A stretch of DNA of 64,000 bases, from assembly GCA_043228905.1 (NCBI GenBank), contig JBHGNT010000070.1, forward strand, positions 1 through 64,000, given 5' to 3'. This DNA comes from Azolla caroliniana (lineage: Eukaryota; Plantae; Polypodiophyta). The notes under the pieces were generated by a model. It worked only from the letters and a program-made list of their open reading frames with translations, searched no databases and was not told where the DNA came from. Positions within the stretch are counted from its first letter, which is position 1. The number at the start of each line of letters is the position of its first letter. A program made the translations under genes and the position numbers. Shown here piece after piece: positions 1 through 12,700 of the stretch.

Positions 1-79
1 CGGAGGAAGACACGGCAACCCGTAAGGAAAACGGTAAGGGTCCGAGGGGACCTACGGATGTGTAAGGTCACACACCGTC

Positions 80-116
<37 letters not shown>

Positions 117-439
117 TAAAAATCGAGGTATGAACGGGTGTGAAAGCAAGGCGCGAAAAGGTACGTACTGGGCATTTAAGAGCCGCCACGTACTTAATAC
201 TAAATCGGTACACGACGTGCGCATGCTCGAAAAAAGGCGCCAAGACGCACAGAGAAAAAGAAGAGCGCATGGAGACCTTCTTTTTTCGCGAGCCAAGAAG
301 CACAGAAGCACCAAGGCAGTGGAAGCTAAGCAGTGGTATTCAACGCAGAGTACTCCCCGCGCTCAGAACGCTCTCTCTCTCTCGCTCTCACTCTCATCAC
401 CACTCTACTTCACCATCTTCCCTCGACCTAGAAGCAGAC

Positions 440-3108
440 ATGGAACCACAAACGCTGTCGGAAGCGGCCAGGAAAATGGTTCAGGCAACACGGACTGGAG
501 GGGTTCTTGGCCATCATGGAGCACCGCCGCACAGAGAAGCCGACCGGGTCATCAAGGAGCTCGCCACAGAGGTCATCACCGAGGAAGCGATCCGTGCGCT
601 GACAGGCCTTCCGGAGGGAGGAATCTTTCAGATCGATAACCCAACCTCGGAGCAACTCATCGATATTTCGGTGAGTACTCTGTTGCCGGCAAAAGGCTAT
701 CGGACGCAGGGCGGCGAAGATCCGCTATTCAGGGAGATAGCTCGAGTGCTCCATGAGTACGGTCACGTGTACCCCCGACCCCCTGTCATGCCAAAAAATC
801 GGGCAGGGATGATCATAGCCACCTATGAAGGGATCAAGGTGGACTGGCCGGTGTTGATTGCGACGGTTTGTGCACGACAATCGACATGGTACGAGGAAAG
901 GACGGCAAGGAGGGCCGGAAGCTGTGGCACGCCGTAGCTCAATGGATAACATTGCTCGTGCCGCCGGTCGAGACCGTCCAGCCAAAGAAGCGGCCAAGAG
1001 TATCGGAAGGAAGCACCTCGAAGCCGGCGTCCAAACGATAGCAGCTGCTGGCGTCGAAGGCGACGAAAGGGAAGAAACGGGTCCCAGAACCGGAGGAGGT
1101 GTCACCGGTCCGACCCGTCAAGATAACCATACGGAAACCGGGACAGAAGGAACCGGAACCCTTGACGGCACAGAAACATGCCGTGACACAGGAAGAGGAA
1201 ACGGAGGAGCCAGAAGAGCACCTCCAACGACGGTCAAGAAGTAGGACTGCCGAGACAGGAGGGGAGCGGTCGTACCCGCGAGAGGCAGAAACGCCCCCAA
1301 CTCAACCTGAGCAAACCACAAGGGAGGAACCGGAACCGGTGCGTAGGGAACCGGTCTTGTCGACTTCTATAGAAGAAGTCATTCCAACGGCTCCGGAGAC
1401 GGCGAGAACCGGAACTGAACAGCCGGCGAGCCCAGCCAGAACACACGGCGGCCAAGGAGTAGAACCAGAACGGCATATGCAGGCACTCAGGCCAGACAAT
1501 TCCACAGTGAATGAGCCGACCCGACCAGTACAACAACAAGGCACCAGTAGCATGTGGCTACGGTGGGTAGGCGAGCAAATCGTCGGAGTGGTCGAGTATA
1601 TAGAGGCGGAAGAGAGAGCGCACCAGGAACGGTTGCTCATCACAACCGTAGATCTAGAGACGGCCCGGTCCAGAATCCGGAGCCTTGAACAAGACTTGGA
1701 CAGGGTCACAAGGGAAATGGCTCAAGTGGCTTTGACAACACAAGTCCAAGCACCGATGACTCCGGGCAATGTACAGAATAAAGCGGCAGATCAACCTGTA
1801 CATAGCAATCAGACCCCGGCAACGGAAACCGTTCCGGAGAGAAATGCGGCACAAGCCCAAGAGCTTGCGGATTTAAAGGATGAGCTAGCTGCCCAAGAAG
1901 CGCTGAGGAGCCGCGAAAGAGAATTGAAGACGGCAGCGGAAGCAGAACTCAAAAAGACTGCTGAGAATCTACGCCGGGCCGAGGAGAGCTTACGGAAAGG
2001 CCACCAAGCGTACGACCGGCTCAAGGAGGAGAAGGAGAAAATGCTGCAAGAGAAGGAGAGGCTCCGGAGGAACGCCGAAACAGAAGTAGAGCGCCTGAAA
2101 GAGGAACTCCGGCAGGTAAAGGACCGGGAGGACCGGAACCATCGCCAGATCAACGACAAGCTCAAACAAAAAACGGAGGAATTTGAGCAATTGCACCGGG
2201 AGTATAAACAGTTGCAAACGGAGCACAAGGAACGGACGGATGAGCTCCGGCAAGCAGTTGATCGGACCGCAACCGCATTCGCCAAGGAACAAGCGGAAAA
2301 CAGAAGACGGTTGGAAGAGGCGGAGAAGGTTCGGACAGAGCTCCTCAGGCAACAGCAGGCGGAAAAAGAAAGAGCGGCGGAGGTACTGCAGAGGCTGCAA
2401 ACGACATATCAAGGGCAGCTGACGCGCTACAGAGAGCAGGCGGAGGATACGGCAAATCTCATCAAGCAGTTGAAGGAGGAGCGACAAGTGGTGGAAAGCA
2501 GAGCACAAATGGGAGCAAGTCGCATCCAGGATATCATGCGGGCCTGGTTGAACCAGACCAAGAGCTTGATTGACAACGGTTCCGTCAAATGGTGGACCAA
2601 GTGGGCCACGAACGCGGCGGAACTCCAATTGCTCCGGGCTGACGTAGAGAACCGGCGGAAGGAGGGAGATGATTGCTATATGCTGAATTCTGAAGATTTC
2701 ACTGGCATAAGAGATGAGCTGGCCGAAGACTTTCAAGCCTTGGCAGAGGACCAACTAGAGCAAGTCCGGCAACTTGTAGCTCAGCTGGACGACGACAGGC
2801 TGGAGGCGCAGATCCAGTTTGAAAGCTACGAGAGGTCCCGGATCCGGGGAGAGAAAGAACGAGAACCAGTTATGGTCAACCTCAGTGATGAGGAACCGTT
2901 ACTGGAAGGAGACCGGACCGGAAGCAGACAAACGGAGCAACCGGAGTCAGCGAAACAAACGGAGCAGCAACAGCAAGCAGAGCAGCCGGAGCAGCCTCAG
3001 TCCCAACCGCAACCACAGCAGCAGCAGCAAGCACAGCCGCAACAACCACAACCGGAAGAACAAGTGGAAATTCTTGAACAAAGTATTTTGGACAATTTGG
3101 GTGAATAA
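440..3108 (+). CDS. Retrotransposon accessory 3' ORF, frameshifted: globular N-terminal domain, E/P/T-rich linker, long coiled coil, Q/P-rich tail
   Basis: ORFs 140-937 (ITEEAIRALTGLPEGG...KVDWPVLIA) and 1099-3108 (669 aa, E/K/R/Q heptads) lie in tandem. They are probably one ORF broken by 1-nt indels, with a likely ATG at 440 (MEPQTL). Confidence 0.55.
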
Positions 3109-3163
3109 TGAAGGGGCCGAGAAGGGTTCGACGTACAAGGTACTGTCCCACGGGCGTGCCATG

Positions 3164-3583
3164 TGTTACCGGCCGGCAAGCAGTCCAAAATACGGAGTGA
3201 AGGAATTAATTAGATATGGTTGTAAATGAGCATAGTGTGGACGGACGGACTGGAAACGGTATGCCGTTCCAGATCCGGACGGATCCCGAATAGGTGCGAG
3301 AGGCACCGTTTTGTACTACGGGCCGGAAACCTATTTAAAGGCCCGGACCCCATTGTAATGACAGCGGATAATTAATACAGTTTATGATGTTTATACTTCT
3401 GTCTTGATTTCCGTTCTGTATTTACTGTTGTATCTTACGCGTGTAATTAACCAAAGCAATCTAATCGTGTAACCTACGTAAGTCGGTGTAATCGTTGAAT
3501 CTTAATCCTATGCCGTAATCACCCTTTGGTGAAGTGTCTCCGTGACACCTTGTGTTAGGCCTTGTCCGGCTAAGCGAATAACA
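3164..3583 (+). repeat. LTR (~420 bp)
   Basis: TGTTA...TAACA inverted termini and a TATA-like box. The partner LTR is not in the window. Confidence 0.55.
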
Positions 3584-6500
3584 CATATCAGAGAAGTCCC
3601 TTTGAGCCACGTCGGACAAACGGGGAAGCTAATGAACGTATTACACATTCCGACTATCACGAAGAACCTGGTGTCAATCGGTCAGATCGTTGACCAAGGG
3701 ATGCAGGTGCGGTTTATGCACCTTGGGTGCTTCATCGAGGAAGAGGGCCAGATTATTGCGCAAGGGTGCAAAGAAGGGAGGATGTTCATCCTCGACACCA
3801 ATGACGTCGGCACCGCTTTGTTCGTCAAAGGACAGAAGGTCGAATTGGACATTGACCTGTGGCACAAGCGGATTGGCCACGTCAATCACCAGAGGCTTCA
3901 AGTCCTGCAAACAAAACAAGTTGTTTTCGGTTTGCCGAAGTTCAATGGCCGGAAGGCCCAAATATGTGAAGCCTGCCAACTCGGGAAGTAACACCGGCTT
4001 CCATTCCCCACCGAACGAAACCATAGCTGTAACAAGCTCGACCTTATTCATTCGGATGTATGGGGACCAACACAAAACGTTAGTCTTGGCGGGAGTCGGT
4101 ATTTCGTCTCCTTCATCGACGACTACAGCCGACACACATGGATCTACCTCATTGAGAGGAAGAGCGAAGTCTTCGAGTGTTTCCGGAACCTGCAAAGCCT
4201 GGTTGAATGTGAAATAGAGAGGAAGATCAAGTGCTTGCGGTCGGATGGCGGAAAATAATATTTTTCTGGCCAATTCAATAGTTATCTGCAACAAAAAGGA
4301 ATTCAGAGAGAGTTCAGCTGCAGATACACACTGGAGCAAAACGGTGTGGCCGAATGGAAGAACTGGTTGATTGTCGATGTGGCAAGGGCAATGTTGGAGG
4401 AGAAGAGCATGCCCCATTTCTACTGGGCAAAGGCGGTCCGGACGACTGTCTATATCCAAAACCAGATCGGTGACATGGTGTCCACGCATGAGTTGTATTT
4501 CGGACGCAAGCCGAATTTGAGACACCTTCGGATATTCAGTAGCATTGCATATGTGCATATGCCAAATGAGAAGCGGAGGAAGTTGGATGCAAAGTCGGAG
4601 AAATGCATCCTGGTCGGTTACTCGCATGAGCAAAAGGGGTATAAGTGTTATAACCCCCGGACGAAGCAGGTGTGAGTTAGCCGGGATGTTGAGTTTGATG
4701 AGACGACATCATGGTATGCCTTACCTGCTCCGACTTCCGACCCCGACCCCGACCCGATACCAGAGGATGAGGCTAGTGAGCCTGAATTGGTCCAGATAGA
4801 AGATGAGGACCTAGGTACTCTAGAAGAGAGTCCGATCTCATTTCAGTTAAGTGGACCGAATGAGCAGCTGAGTCGGGATGACCAGTCGGATGAGGAACCG
4901 ACGAGTAATGGAGACTCTGCCATTCTCTCCCCGCGCAAGGAACTGAGGAGAAGATTCACGCGCAAAGAGAAGGGGAAGAAGAAGATGCCGGAATACGAAA
5001 CTAGCAACGTTGAGTTGGATCGGAGCGAATCCGACTCCGGAAAGGATGAAGGTGGATCTTCGAGAATGAAGTCCGACCTGGCCAAGAAGGGACTCAAACC
5101 GGGTAATACCAAGTTACGTCGGTCTTCCTGCCTGAAGAACCCTGTTACATGGTACGAGAACAATGAGTACATGGTGCATCACTATGCGTACATGACCAAG
5201 GTGGCAGAAGTGCGTGAGCCGGAGAGCTACACAGAAACGGCAAGGGATGCAAATTGGCATGCCGCTATGGAGGAAGAAATGCGGGCACTTGATGCCAATG
5301 ACACATGGGACCTAGTTGAGCCTCCTCGACACTGTAAACCGATCAGATGTAAGTGGGTGTATAAGGTAAAGTATAATGTCGATGGTTCGGTTAACCGGTA
5401 CAAGGCTCGGTTAGTGGCGAAGGGATACGCGCAGACCCACAGAATCGACTACGACGAGACCTTCGCTCTGGTAGCGAAGATGACTACGGTTCGTGTGGTG
5501 CTGATGGTTGCTGCGGCAAGGGGGTGGCATCTTCACCAGATGGACGTGAAGAATGCATTTCTTCAAGGCGATCTTGAAGAAGAGGTCTTTATGACCCAAC
5601 CCCTCGGTTTCCAGTCGGGGATGAACAAGTCGGTGGTATGCCGGCTGAAGAAGTCACTTTATGGCCTGAAGCAAGCCCCCCGAGCTTGGGATGCAAAGAT
5701 CACGCACCGGTTGCGTAAGATGGGGTTTGCTGCCTCCAAGTCTGACTCTTCGTTGTTCATTAGGCAAGGTTCGGACGGTCCGGTTTGCATCTTGTTGTAT
5801 GTTGATGATCTAGTCATCACCGGATCCAGCCTCGATGAAATCAGCCGAGTCAAGTTCCAACTGTTGGACACATTTGAGATGAAGGACCTAGGGGACCTTC
5901 ACTATTTCCTTGGGATCGAGGTGATCCGAACCCCCGACGGCATATTGCTCTCACAAAGACACTATGTGTTGAATATGTTGTACAAGTTCGGCATGACGGA
6001 ATGCTGACCGATCTCCACACCCCTGGACTAGAACCAGAAGCTCCGTCCCGACTCCGGACCGGCTTGCGATGAGAAGCGGTTGCGACAAATCCTCGGAAGT
6101 CTTATATATTTGACAATCACCCGACCCGACATCAGTTATCCGGTCGGCGTGATCAACCAATATATACAAAAGCCTACCGTGGAGCACCTTCTGTGCGCGC
6201 ATCGAATTTTGCGATATGTGAGTGGCACAAAGGAATGGGGACTGTTATACCGGCATGGTATAACTGAAGAGCTAGTCGGCTACATCGATGCCGACTGGGC
6301 CGACGATGCATCGGATCGCCGATCCACCTCCGACTATATGTTTTCCCTTGGTAGCGCAGTTGTTGCGTGGAGCAGCAAAAAGCACCCAACAGTGGCCCTT
6401 TCGAGCACGGAGGTTGAATACCGGGGCGCTACCGTTGCCACCTGTGAAGCCATTTGGCTTCAATGACTGCTGCAAGACCTACGGATCGAGGTGCCGACCC

Positions 6501-6730
6501 CGATCTGGATCTACTATGACAACATAAGCAGCACACAGCTTGCCAAGAACCCCGTATTCCATGCTCGCACAAAGCACATAGAAGTGCACTACCACTTCGT
6601 GCGTGAGCGTGTCCTGAGTGGTGAAGTCAAACTTCGGTATGTTCATACGGATCGCCAAGTTGCCGACATCTTCAAAAAACTGCTCGGATTAGACAAGTTG
6701 CAACACTTCACGGAAATGCTTGGTGTTTAG
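3584..6730 (+). pseudogene. Ty1/Copia pol remnant (GAG-pre-integrase, integrase, RT, RNase H) with premature stops
   Basis: LWHKRIGH..CEACQLGK, HSDVWGP, CKWVYKVK..YKARLVAKG, QMDVKNAFLQG, LYVDD, DADWA..DRRSTS, NPVFHARTKHIEVHYHFVRE; INT-RT-RH order. Confidence 0.93.
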
Positions 6731-7524
6731 CATCTTGACGTGCCACACTAAACACTTCTGTCAGTCCGTATGGACTTGTATAAAAGTGTTCACTAAACAC
6801 ATACGATGTACAGATTGAGTATTAATTTGAATTGAGTTTCTGTGCTCTCTCTCTCTCTCTCTCCCGCGTACAATGTATATTCTAAGCTCTCCATTAAACA
6901 TGCATTGCTGTGTTCGGTCTTCTATTGCTTCCGCACAACTTTTACACCTAGTTACCCTCATAAAACACATTACGTTGGAAAGCTGTCATCCTAAGACACT
7001 AGTGGCGTGGGCTTAGGCTTTTGTTGCAACAATCGTTTATATCTTCCAAAGTATTAATCATCCTAATATCTGTCGGTATGCGATGTCGGTGGTAGGTTGG
7101 CTATGTCTTGATCATAGCTCAAGGGTGGTCGGGTGGAACGAGTTCTTCTATCCAATCTATTTACCTTATATTACTTTATTTTGGTCTATTGATTAGTAAT
7201 AGACTCTTAACATAAACCACCAACACACAATGCTCTACATGGTGGAGGAGAAGATGGAAAATCCTCAAAGTAGAAGAGTAGTTGGAGAAGAAGTGAAAAA
7301 AATAAGGAAAAAGTTGAACTACTCCCTCTCCCCAAAAAGTTGAACCTTAAATGAGCCCTCATCCCTTCCTTTTATATAAATAGTGAAGGGGCCTCATTTG
7401 CATTATACACAAAATGCTTACCTACGCCCTTTCGCTTCGAAAATGTAAAAGGGTTACTTAATTTATAAGCATAATTATAGATTCAAACTTTGCTTCACTT
7501 GTACATCCTAAAAATAGTTATATG

Positions 7525-7741
7525 TGTTGGGAATAAAGGGCCATCATGCCTTTTATTAGTGCACGAGTGTGAACGCACTCGTAGCACACTTTTGACTTGT
7601 ATATACATAATATCTAAAAACCAAAAAATAGGTACACTCTTTGTACCCAAGACAACGTGCATCTCTCTCTCCCTTTGTCTCTCACTCAGACTCTCCCCCC
7701 CTCTGTTTTTGACCTAAACCCTAATCCTCGTGCTGCCTTCG
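7525..7741 (+). repeat. Copia 5' LTR
   Basis: Direct repeat of 24538-24754; starts TGTTGG; followed by a tRNA-iMet-type PBS. Confidence 0.95.
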
Positions 7742-7756
7742 AACTGGTATTAGAGC

Positions 7757-7945
7757 AGGGTTTAGGGTTTTATATAGAGAAAAGTTTAGGGTTTTCTGCA
7801 GAGTAGAGTTTAGAGTTTTCTGTAGGCAGAGTTTAGGGTTTTCTGTAGAGCAGAGTTTAAGGTTTTCTGCAGAGTAGAGATTAGGGTTTTCTATAGAGCA
7901 GAGTTTAGGGTTTTTGCAGAGTAGGTCACGTTTTCTGTAGAGTAG
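7757..7945 (+). repeat. ~24-bp minisatellite with TTTAGGG cores in the Copia 5' leader
   Basis: Repeated AGAG(C/T)AGAGTTTAGGGTTTTCT(G/A) units. Confidence 0.75.
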
Positions 7946-7974
7946 GTTTGGTCCTCCATTTGGGCTAAGAAACC

Positions 7975-8283
7975 ATGACTAGCAGTAGTGATAGTAGCCA
8001 CCTTATGCACATCAAGAAGCTTGAGGGTGCACATAACTTCACGGTTTGGAAAAATCAGTGCTACAACATCCTGCTACAAAAGAAGCATGCAAAGCCTATA
8101 AATGTCAAAGGGGTAAAGCCTATAGATATGGACCAAGATGATTGGCAAGAGTTGAACGAGCTTGCACGCTTGACTATTGAGTTGTCAATCTCTGATGCCT
8201 TGCTTTTTAATATCGAAGGTTTGGACTCCGCCTATTCTATATGGACTAGACTAGAGGAATTGTATGCCCAAAAGATGGCAGCT
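7975..8283 (+). pseudogene. Copia gag N-terminus, split by the DNA transposon
   Basis: KKLEGAHNFTVWK...ARLTIELSISD...IWTRLEELY is typical Copia gag; it resumes in frame at 20627. Confidence 0.9.
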
Positions 8284-8308
8284 GGGTGAAAGCATGCGAG
8301 TGGAAACA
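8284..8308 (+). repeat. Left terminal inverted repeat (25 bp)
   Basis: Reverse complement of 20598-20622 with one mismatch. Confidence 0.95.
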
Positions 8309-8634
8309 ATTAGCTATGTCCTTGACATAGCTAATTAGCTATGCAAAAAGCTACCATTGATAAATAGTCATTTTAGTAAAAAGCCATCATTAATAAATTA
8401 AGTATGCAAAAAACTACCATTGAAAATACTAGAGTGTTTTAATTACATATGTAAATGAGTGCCATAAATGTGCAACATAAATTGATGTGTGCACCATAAA
8501 TGTGTACCATAAATTATATATCGAATTCCTAGGTCCATTATGCATGATCCTTTGCCACATCACGTAGGCCATCTCTAGTTGAGTACTGTGGGTTAGTTGC
8601 TACCACTGTTGCTAAACCCTATCGAGTCCACCTG

Positions 8635-9480
8635 CCGCCACTCTACACTGAGGGGCTGCTACTGTGCGTTCCAAGCATCATCAAAGAGCTGCTCAATCTG
8701 ACGGGGTTCTCTTCTCTGTGACACTCTACACTCAGGGGCCACTATTGTGCATTCCAAGCATCATCAAAGAGCTGTTCAATCTGACGGGGTTCTCTTCTCT
8801 GTGCCACTCTACACTCAGGGGCCATTACTATGCGTTCCAAGCATCATCAAAGAGCTGTTCAATCTGAGGGGGTTCTCTTCTCTGTGCCACTCTACACTCA
8901 GGGGCCATTACTGTGCGTTCCAAGCATCATCAAAGAGCTGTTCAATCTGAGGGGGTTCTCTTCTCTGTGCCACTCTACACTCAGGGGCCGCTGCTGTGCG
9001 TTCCAAGCATCATCAAAGAGTTGTTCAATCTGACGGGGTTCTCTTCTCTTTGCCACTCTACACTCAGGGGTTGCTACTGTGCGTTCCAAGCATAATCGAA
9101 GAGCTATTCAATCTGACGGGGTTCTCTTCTCTTTTCCACTCTCACTCAGGGGCCGCTACTGTGCGTTTCAAGCATCATTGGTAACTGTTCAATCTGACGG
9201 GGTTCTCTTCTCTTTTCCACTCTCACTTAGGGGCCGCTACTGTGCGTTTCAAGCATCATTGGTAACTGTTCAATCTGACGGGGTTCTCTTCTCTTTTCCA
9301 CTCTCACTCAGGGGCCGCTACTGTGCGTTTCAAGCATCATTGGTAACTGTTCAATCTGACGGGGTTCTCTTCTCTATGCCACTCTATTCTCAAGTGCCTT
9401 CTATGTGCGTTTCAAGCATCATCGGTAACTGTTCAATCTGACGGGGTTCTCTCCTCCATTGCCATCATTCTATACTCAGT
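8635..9480 (+). repeat. 83/82-bp tandem repeat, about 10 copies, upstream of the transposase
   Basis: Unit CCACTCTACACTCAGGGGCC...CAAGCATCATCAAAGAGCTGTTCAATCTGACGGGGTTCTCTTCTCTGTG. ORF-track starts at 8664/8747/8830/8913/8996/9079 show the 83-bp period. Degenerate copies extend to ~9620. Confidence 0.92.
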
Positions 9481-9786
9481 TGCCACTACTGTCCAGTCCC
9501 GGATTGCTTCCACATTTCGATTTGACGGAGTTCACTCATCCAACGGCAACATTCTACACTCAGTTGTTGCCATTGGTCGGTCTTGGATCGCCTCCTCAAC
9601 TGTTGGATCCAACAGAGTGAAATCCTCTACTGTTCGGTCTTGGATTGCAATAACTTTTCTGTCTATTGATTATCTTGTGTATTGTTGTGTCTAATCTTGT
9701 GTATTGTGTGGAATATTTTTGTGTATTGTTGTTGCCCATAGCCATCTTTAATACTTTTTTTTTTTCTGGAAATTTAGGGTTTTAAC

Positions 9787-12700
9787 ATGTCTAGCCAAAT
9801 GGAAGGGGAAGAAGGGTGTTTAGAATTACCCCTCAATGATCATAAGGATAGGGATGATGTTATCAGGACACAACAAGCCATACGAAACTATTGGGCAGAA
9901 AAAAAAAGGAAACATCGTCAATTGTTGAAGGATACGAAAGCCACACTCAGTAAAGGTAAGGATAGTTTAGATGAGAATGTAAGTAATGCGACTACCATCA
10001 TAGAGAGAAAGGTTGTAGACTATTTCAATGTTCAAACCAAGCACATCAGCAATGAAGAAAAGAAGGTAGTACTTTATGGAATATGTAATGATCCATCGAT
10101 AAAGGACTTAGTTGATTGTGATGGTCTTAATGCAAACATATCATCTATTTTAGTAAATAATCTTCGTAATAGTTTCGTATCCATGAGCAGGTCAGAAGAT
10201 GATCTTGTCTTAAAAAGGTCTAGTCTAATGATGTTACTTAATAGTGATGTTGACGATATAAACATCAGTGAGCTATCTAAGGTAATTGGTGTTAGTAGAA
10301 AAACAGTGTACAATACAATGAACCGTATAATTTCCTCGGGTGAAGGAACTAGTCTACTAAAGCTAACTACAAGATGTAAGCCAATGACACCCATAACATT
10401 TGAAATCAAGGATGTAATCACAATGTTTTGGACTAATGAGAGTAGGGTTTCACCCAATAAAAAGGATTTATGCAGGAAACGTGTTGGAAGAAATCAATAC
10501 GAGGAGCATCCCATTCATCTTCTTGATGTACCTCAGGTATTTACATTTATCTCAACATTTGTTTTGACTCTACTCGGAAAGTTAATTAGCTCAGTTAGCA
10601 GAAAAGCTAATTAGCTGTACTGCTAGCTAGTTAGCTATCATGGTAGCTAGTTAGCTATTTCGTTATTACCAGCTAATTAGCTACTAGGAAAGCTAATTAG
10701 CTACCATGATAGCTAATTAGCTACTATGATAGCTACTACATAGGTAACTGGCTACTCTCAATAGCTACTACCATGATAGCTAATTAGTTAGGATAGCTAA
10801 TTAGCCACCATTATAGCTAATTAGCTACTAGACCAGCTAATTAGCTACCATGATAGCTAATTAGTTACTAGGACAGCTAATTAGCCACCGTGATAGCTAA
10901 TTAGCTACCATGATAGCTAATTAGCTACTATACCAGCTAATTAGCTACCATGATAGCTAATTAGCTACTATACCAGCTAATTAGCTACCATGATAGCTAA
11001 TTAGCTACTATACCAGCTAATTAGCTACCATGATAGCTAATTAGTTACTAGGAAAGCTAATCAGCCACCATTATAGCTAATTAGCTACTAGACTAGCTAA
11101 TTAGCTACCACGATAGCTAATTAGCTACTAGACCAGCTAATTAGCTACCATGATAGCTAATTAGTTACTAGGAAAGCTAATTAGCCACCATGATAGCTAA
11201 TTAGCTAGTAGACAAGCTAATTAGCCACCATGATAGCTAATTAGCTACTAGGACAACTAATTAGCTACTAGGACAGCTAATTAGCTACCATGATAGCTAA
11301 TTAGCTACTACGACAGCTAATTAGCTACCATGATAGCTAATTAGCTACTAGAATAGCTAATTAGCTACTAGAATAGCTAATTAGCTACCATGATAGCTAA
11401 TTAGCTACTATGACAGCTAATTAGCTACCATGATAGCTAATTAGCTACTACGACAGCTAATTAGCTACCATGATAGCTAATTAGCTACTAGAATAGCTAA
11501 TTAGCTACCATGATAGCTAATTAGCTACTACGACAGCTAATTAGCTACCATGATAGCAAATTAGCTACTAGGACAACCAATTAGCTACTAGGACAGCTAA
11601 TTAGCTACCATGATAGCTAATTAGCTACTACGACAGCTAATTAGCCACCATGATAGCTAATTAGCTACTAGGACAACTAATTAGCTACTAGGACAGCTAA
11701 TTAGCTACCATGATAGCTAATTAGCTACTACGACAGCTAATTAGCTACCATGATAGCTAATTAGCTACTAGAATAGCTAATTAGCTACTAGAATAGCTAA
11801 TTAGCTACCATGATAGCTAATTAGCTACTATGACAGCTAATTAGCTACCATGATAGCTAATTAGCTACTACGACAGCTAATTAGCTACCATGATAGCTAA
11901 TTAGCTACTAGGACAACTAATTAGCTACCATGATAGCTAATTAGCTACTAGAATAGCTAACTAGCTACTAGAATAGCTAACTAGCTACTAGAATAGCTAA
12001 TTAGCTACTAGGATAGTTAGCTAGTTACGAGAATAACTAATTCCCCTTTATTACGCAGGTCGATTTATTTATTAGGTTCAAACGAATGCATCCAACTATC
12101 AAAGTTCAACTACGAACATTCGAGTCTCTTAAGCCACACTTTGTGAGACGCTTAAAGGATCGATACACATGTTGTTGCATTTACCATGTACAGATGGGTT
12201 TTCTGAAGGACTCTGTTAATCTACTACGTCACCATAGCGCATCCCTAACTAATACAGTTTGCACATGTGGGTGCCAAATCTGTCGATCAAGCCCGCAAGA
12301 GGAGTGTAAATCATCTGAGCACGTTATCTCTTCCATGAGTTATTTATTAGATTCAATATTGTGTCCGAGAGAATCTGACGCTATCTTCCATATTCATAAA
12401 TGTGTCATGGGTTTATGTCAAGATTGTGGCCCTACTAGATTTAGGTGGTGTCCAAATGAATTGAGTAGTGAAATATTGATCTCTGTGAAGTTATTTGAGT
12501 CAGTGAACACCAATTTCGAAGGAAAGGTGTGTAAAAGAAAGGATCTAGTTCGGAAGATGCTTAAACCAAGGGATTTGGTGTCTCTGTTTGTAGTATCTCT
12601 AGGAAAGTTCATTAAACACAACTTCATTTATTCATGGCAGGCCCATCAGTTTAAGACTTGCATATCTGATTTCCCAAATGATGTAGTAGTCTCAGTAGTA

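Larger units (their letters stand above)
1..3583 (+). mobile_element. 3' part of a Gypsy-type LTR retrotransposon: extra 3' ORF plus 3' LTR, inserted in a Copia element
   Basis: Long accessory ORFs, then an LTR-like segment 3164-3583 bounded by TGTTA...TAACA with a TATA-like CCTATTTAAA at ~3330. Copia pol (HIREVPL...) begins right after 3583. The 5' part is outside the window. Confidence 0.6.

Noticed and set aside
83-112. A30 run as a retroposed poly(A) tail
   Set aside because: No TSD or identifiable SINE/LINE body; treated as a homopolymer inside the retroelement.
3674-4633. Long antisense ORFs over retroelement genes (also 1990-2754 and 44941-45597)
   Set aside because: Shadow frames of the coding strand with no independent motifs.
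8664-9441. Series of 60-120-aa ORFs
   Set aside because: Translation artefacts of the 83-bp tandem repeat.
10580-12040. CRISPR-like array (palindromic repeat with variable spacers)
   Set aside because: The spacers are only ~6 nt and recur, there are no cas genes, and the context is a eukaryotic intron. It is a minisatellite.
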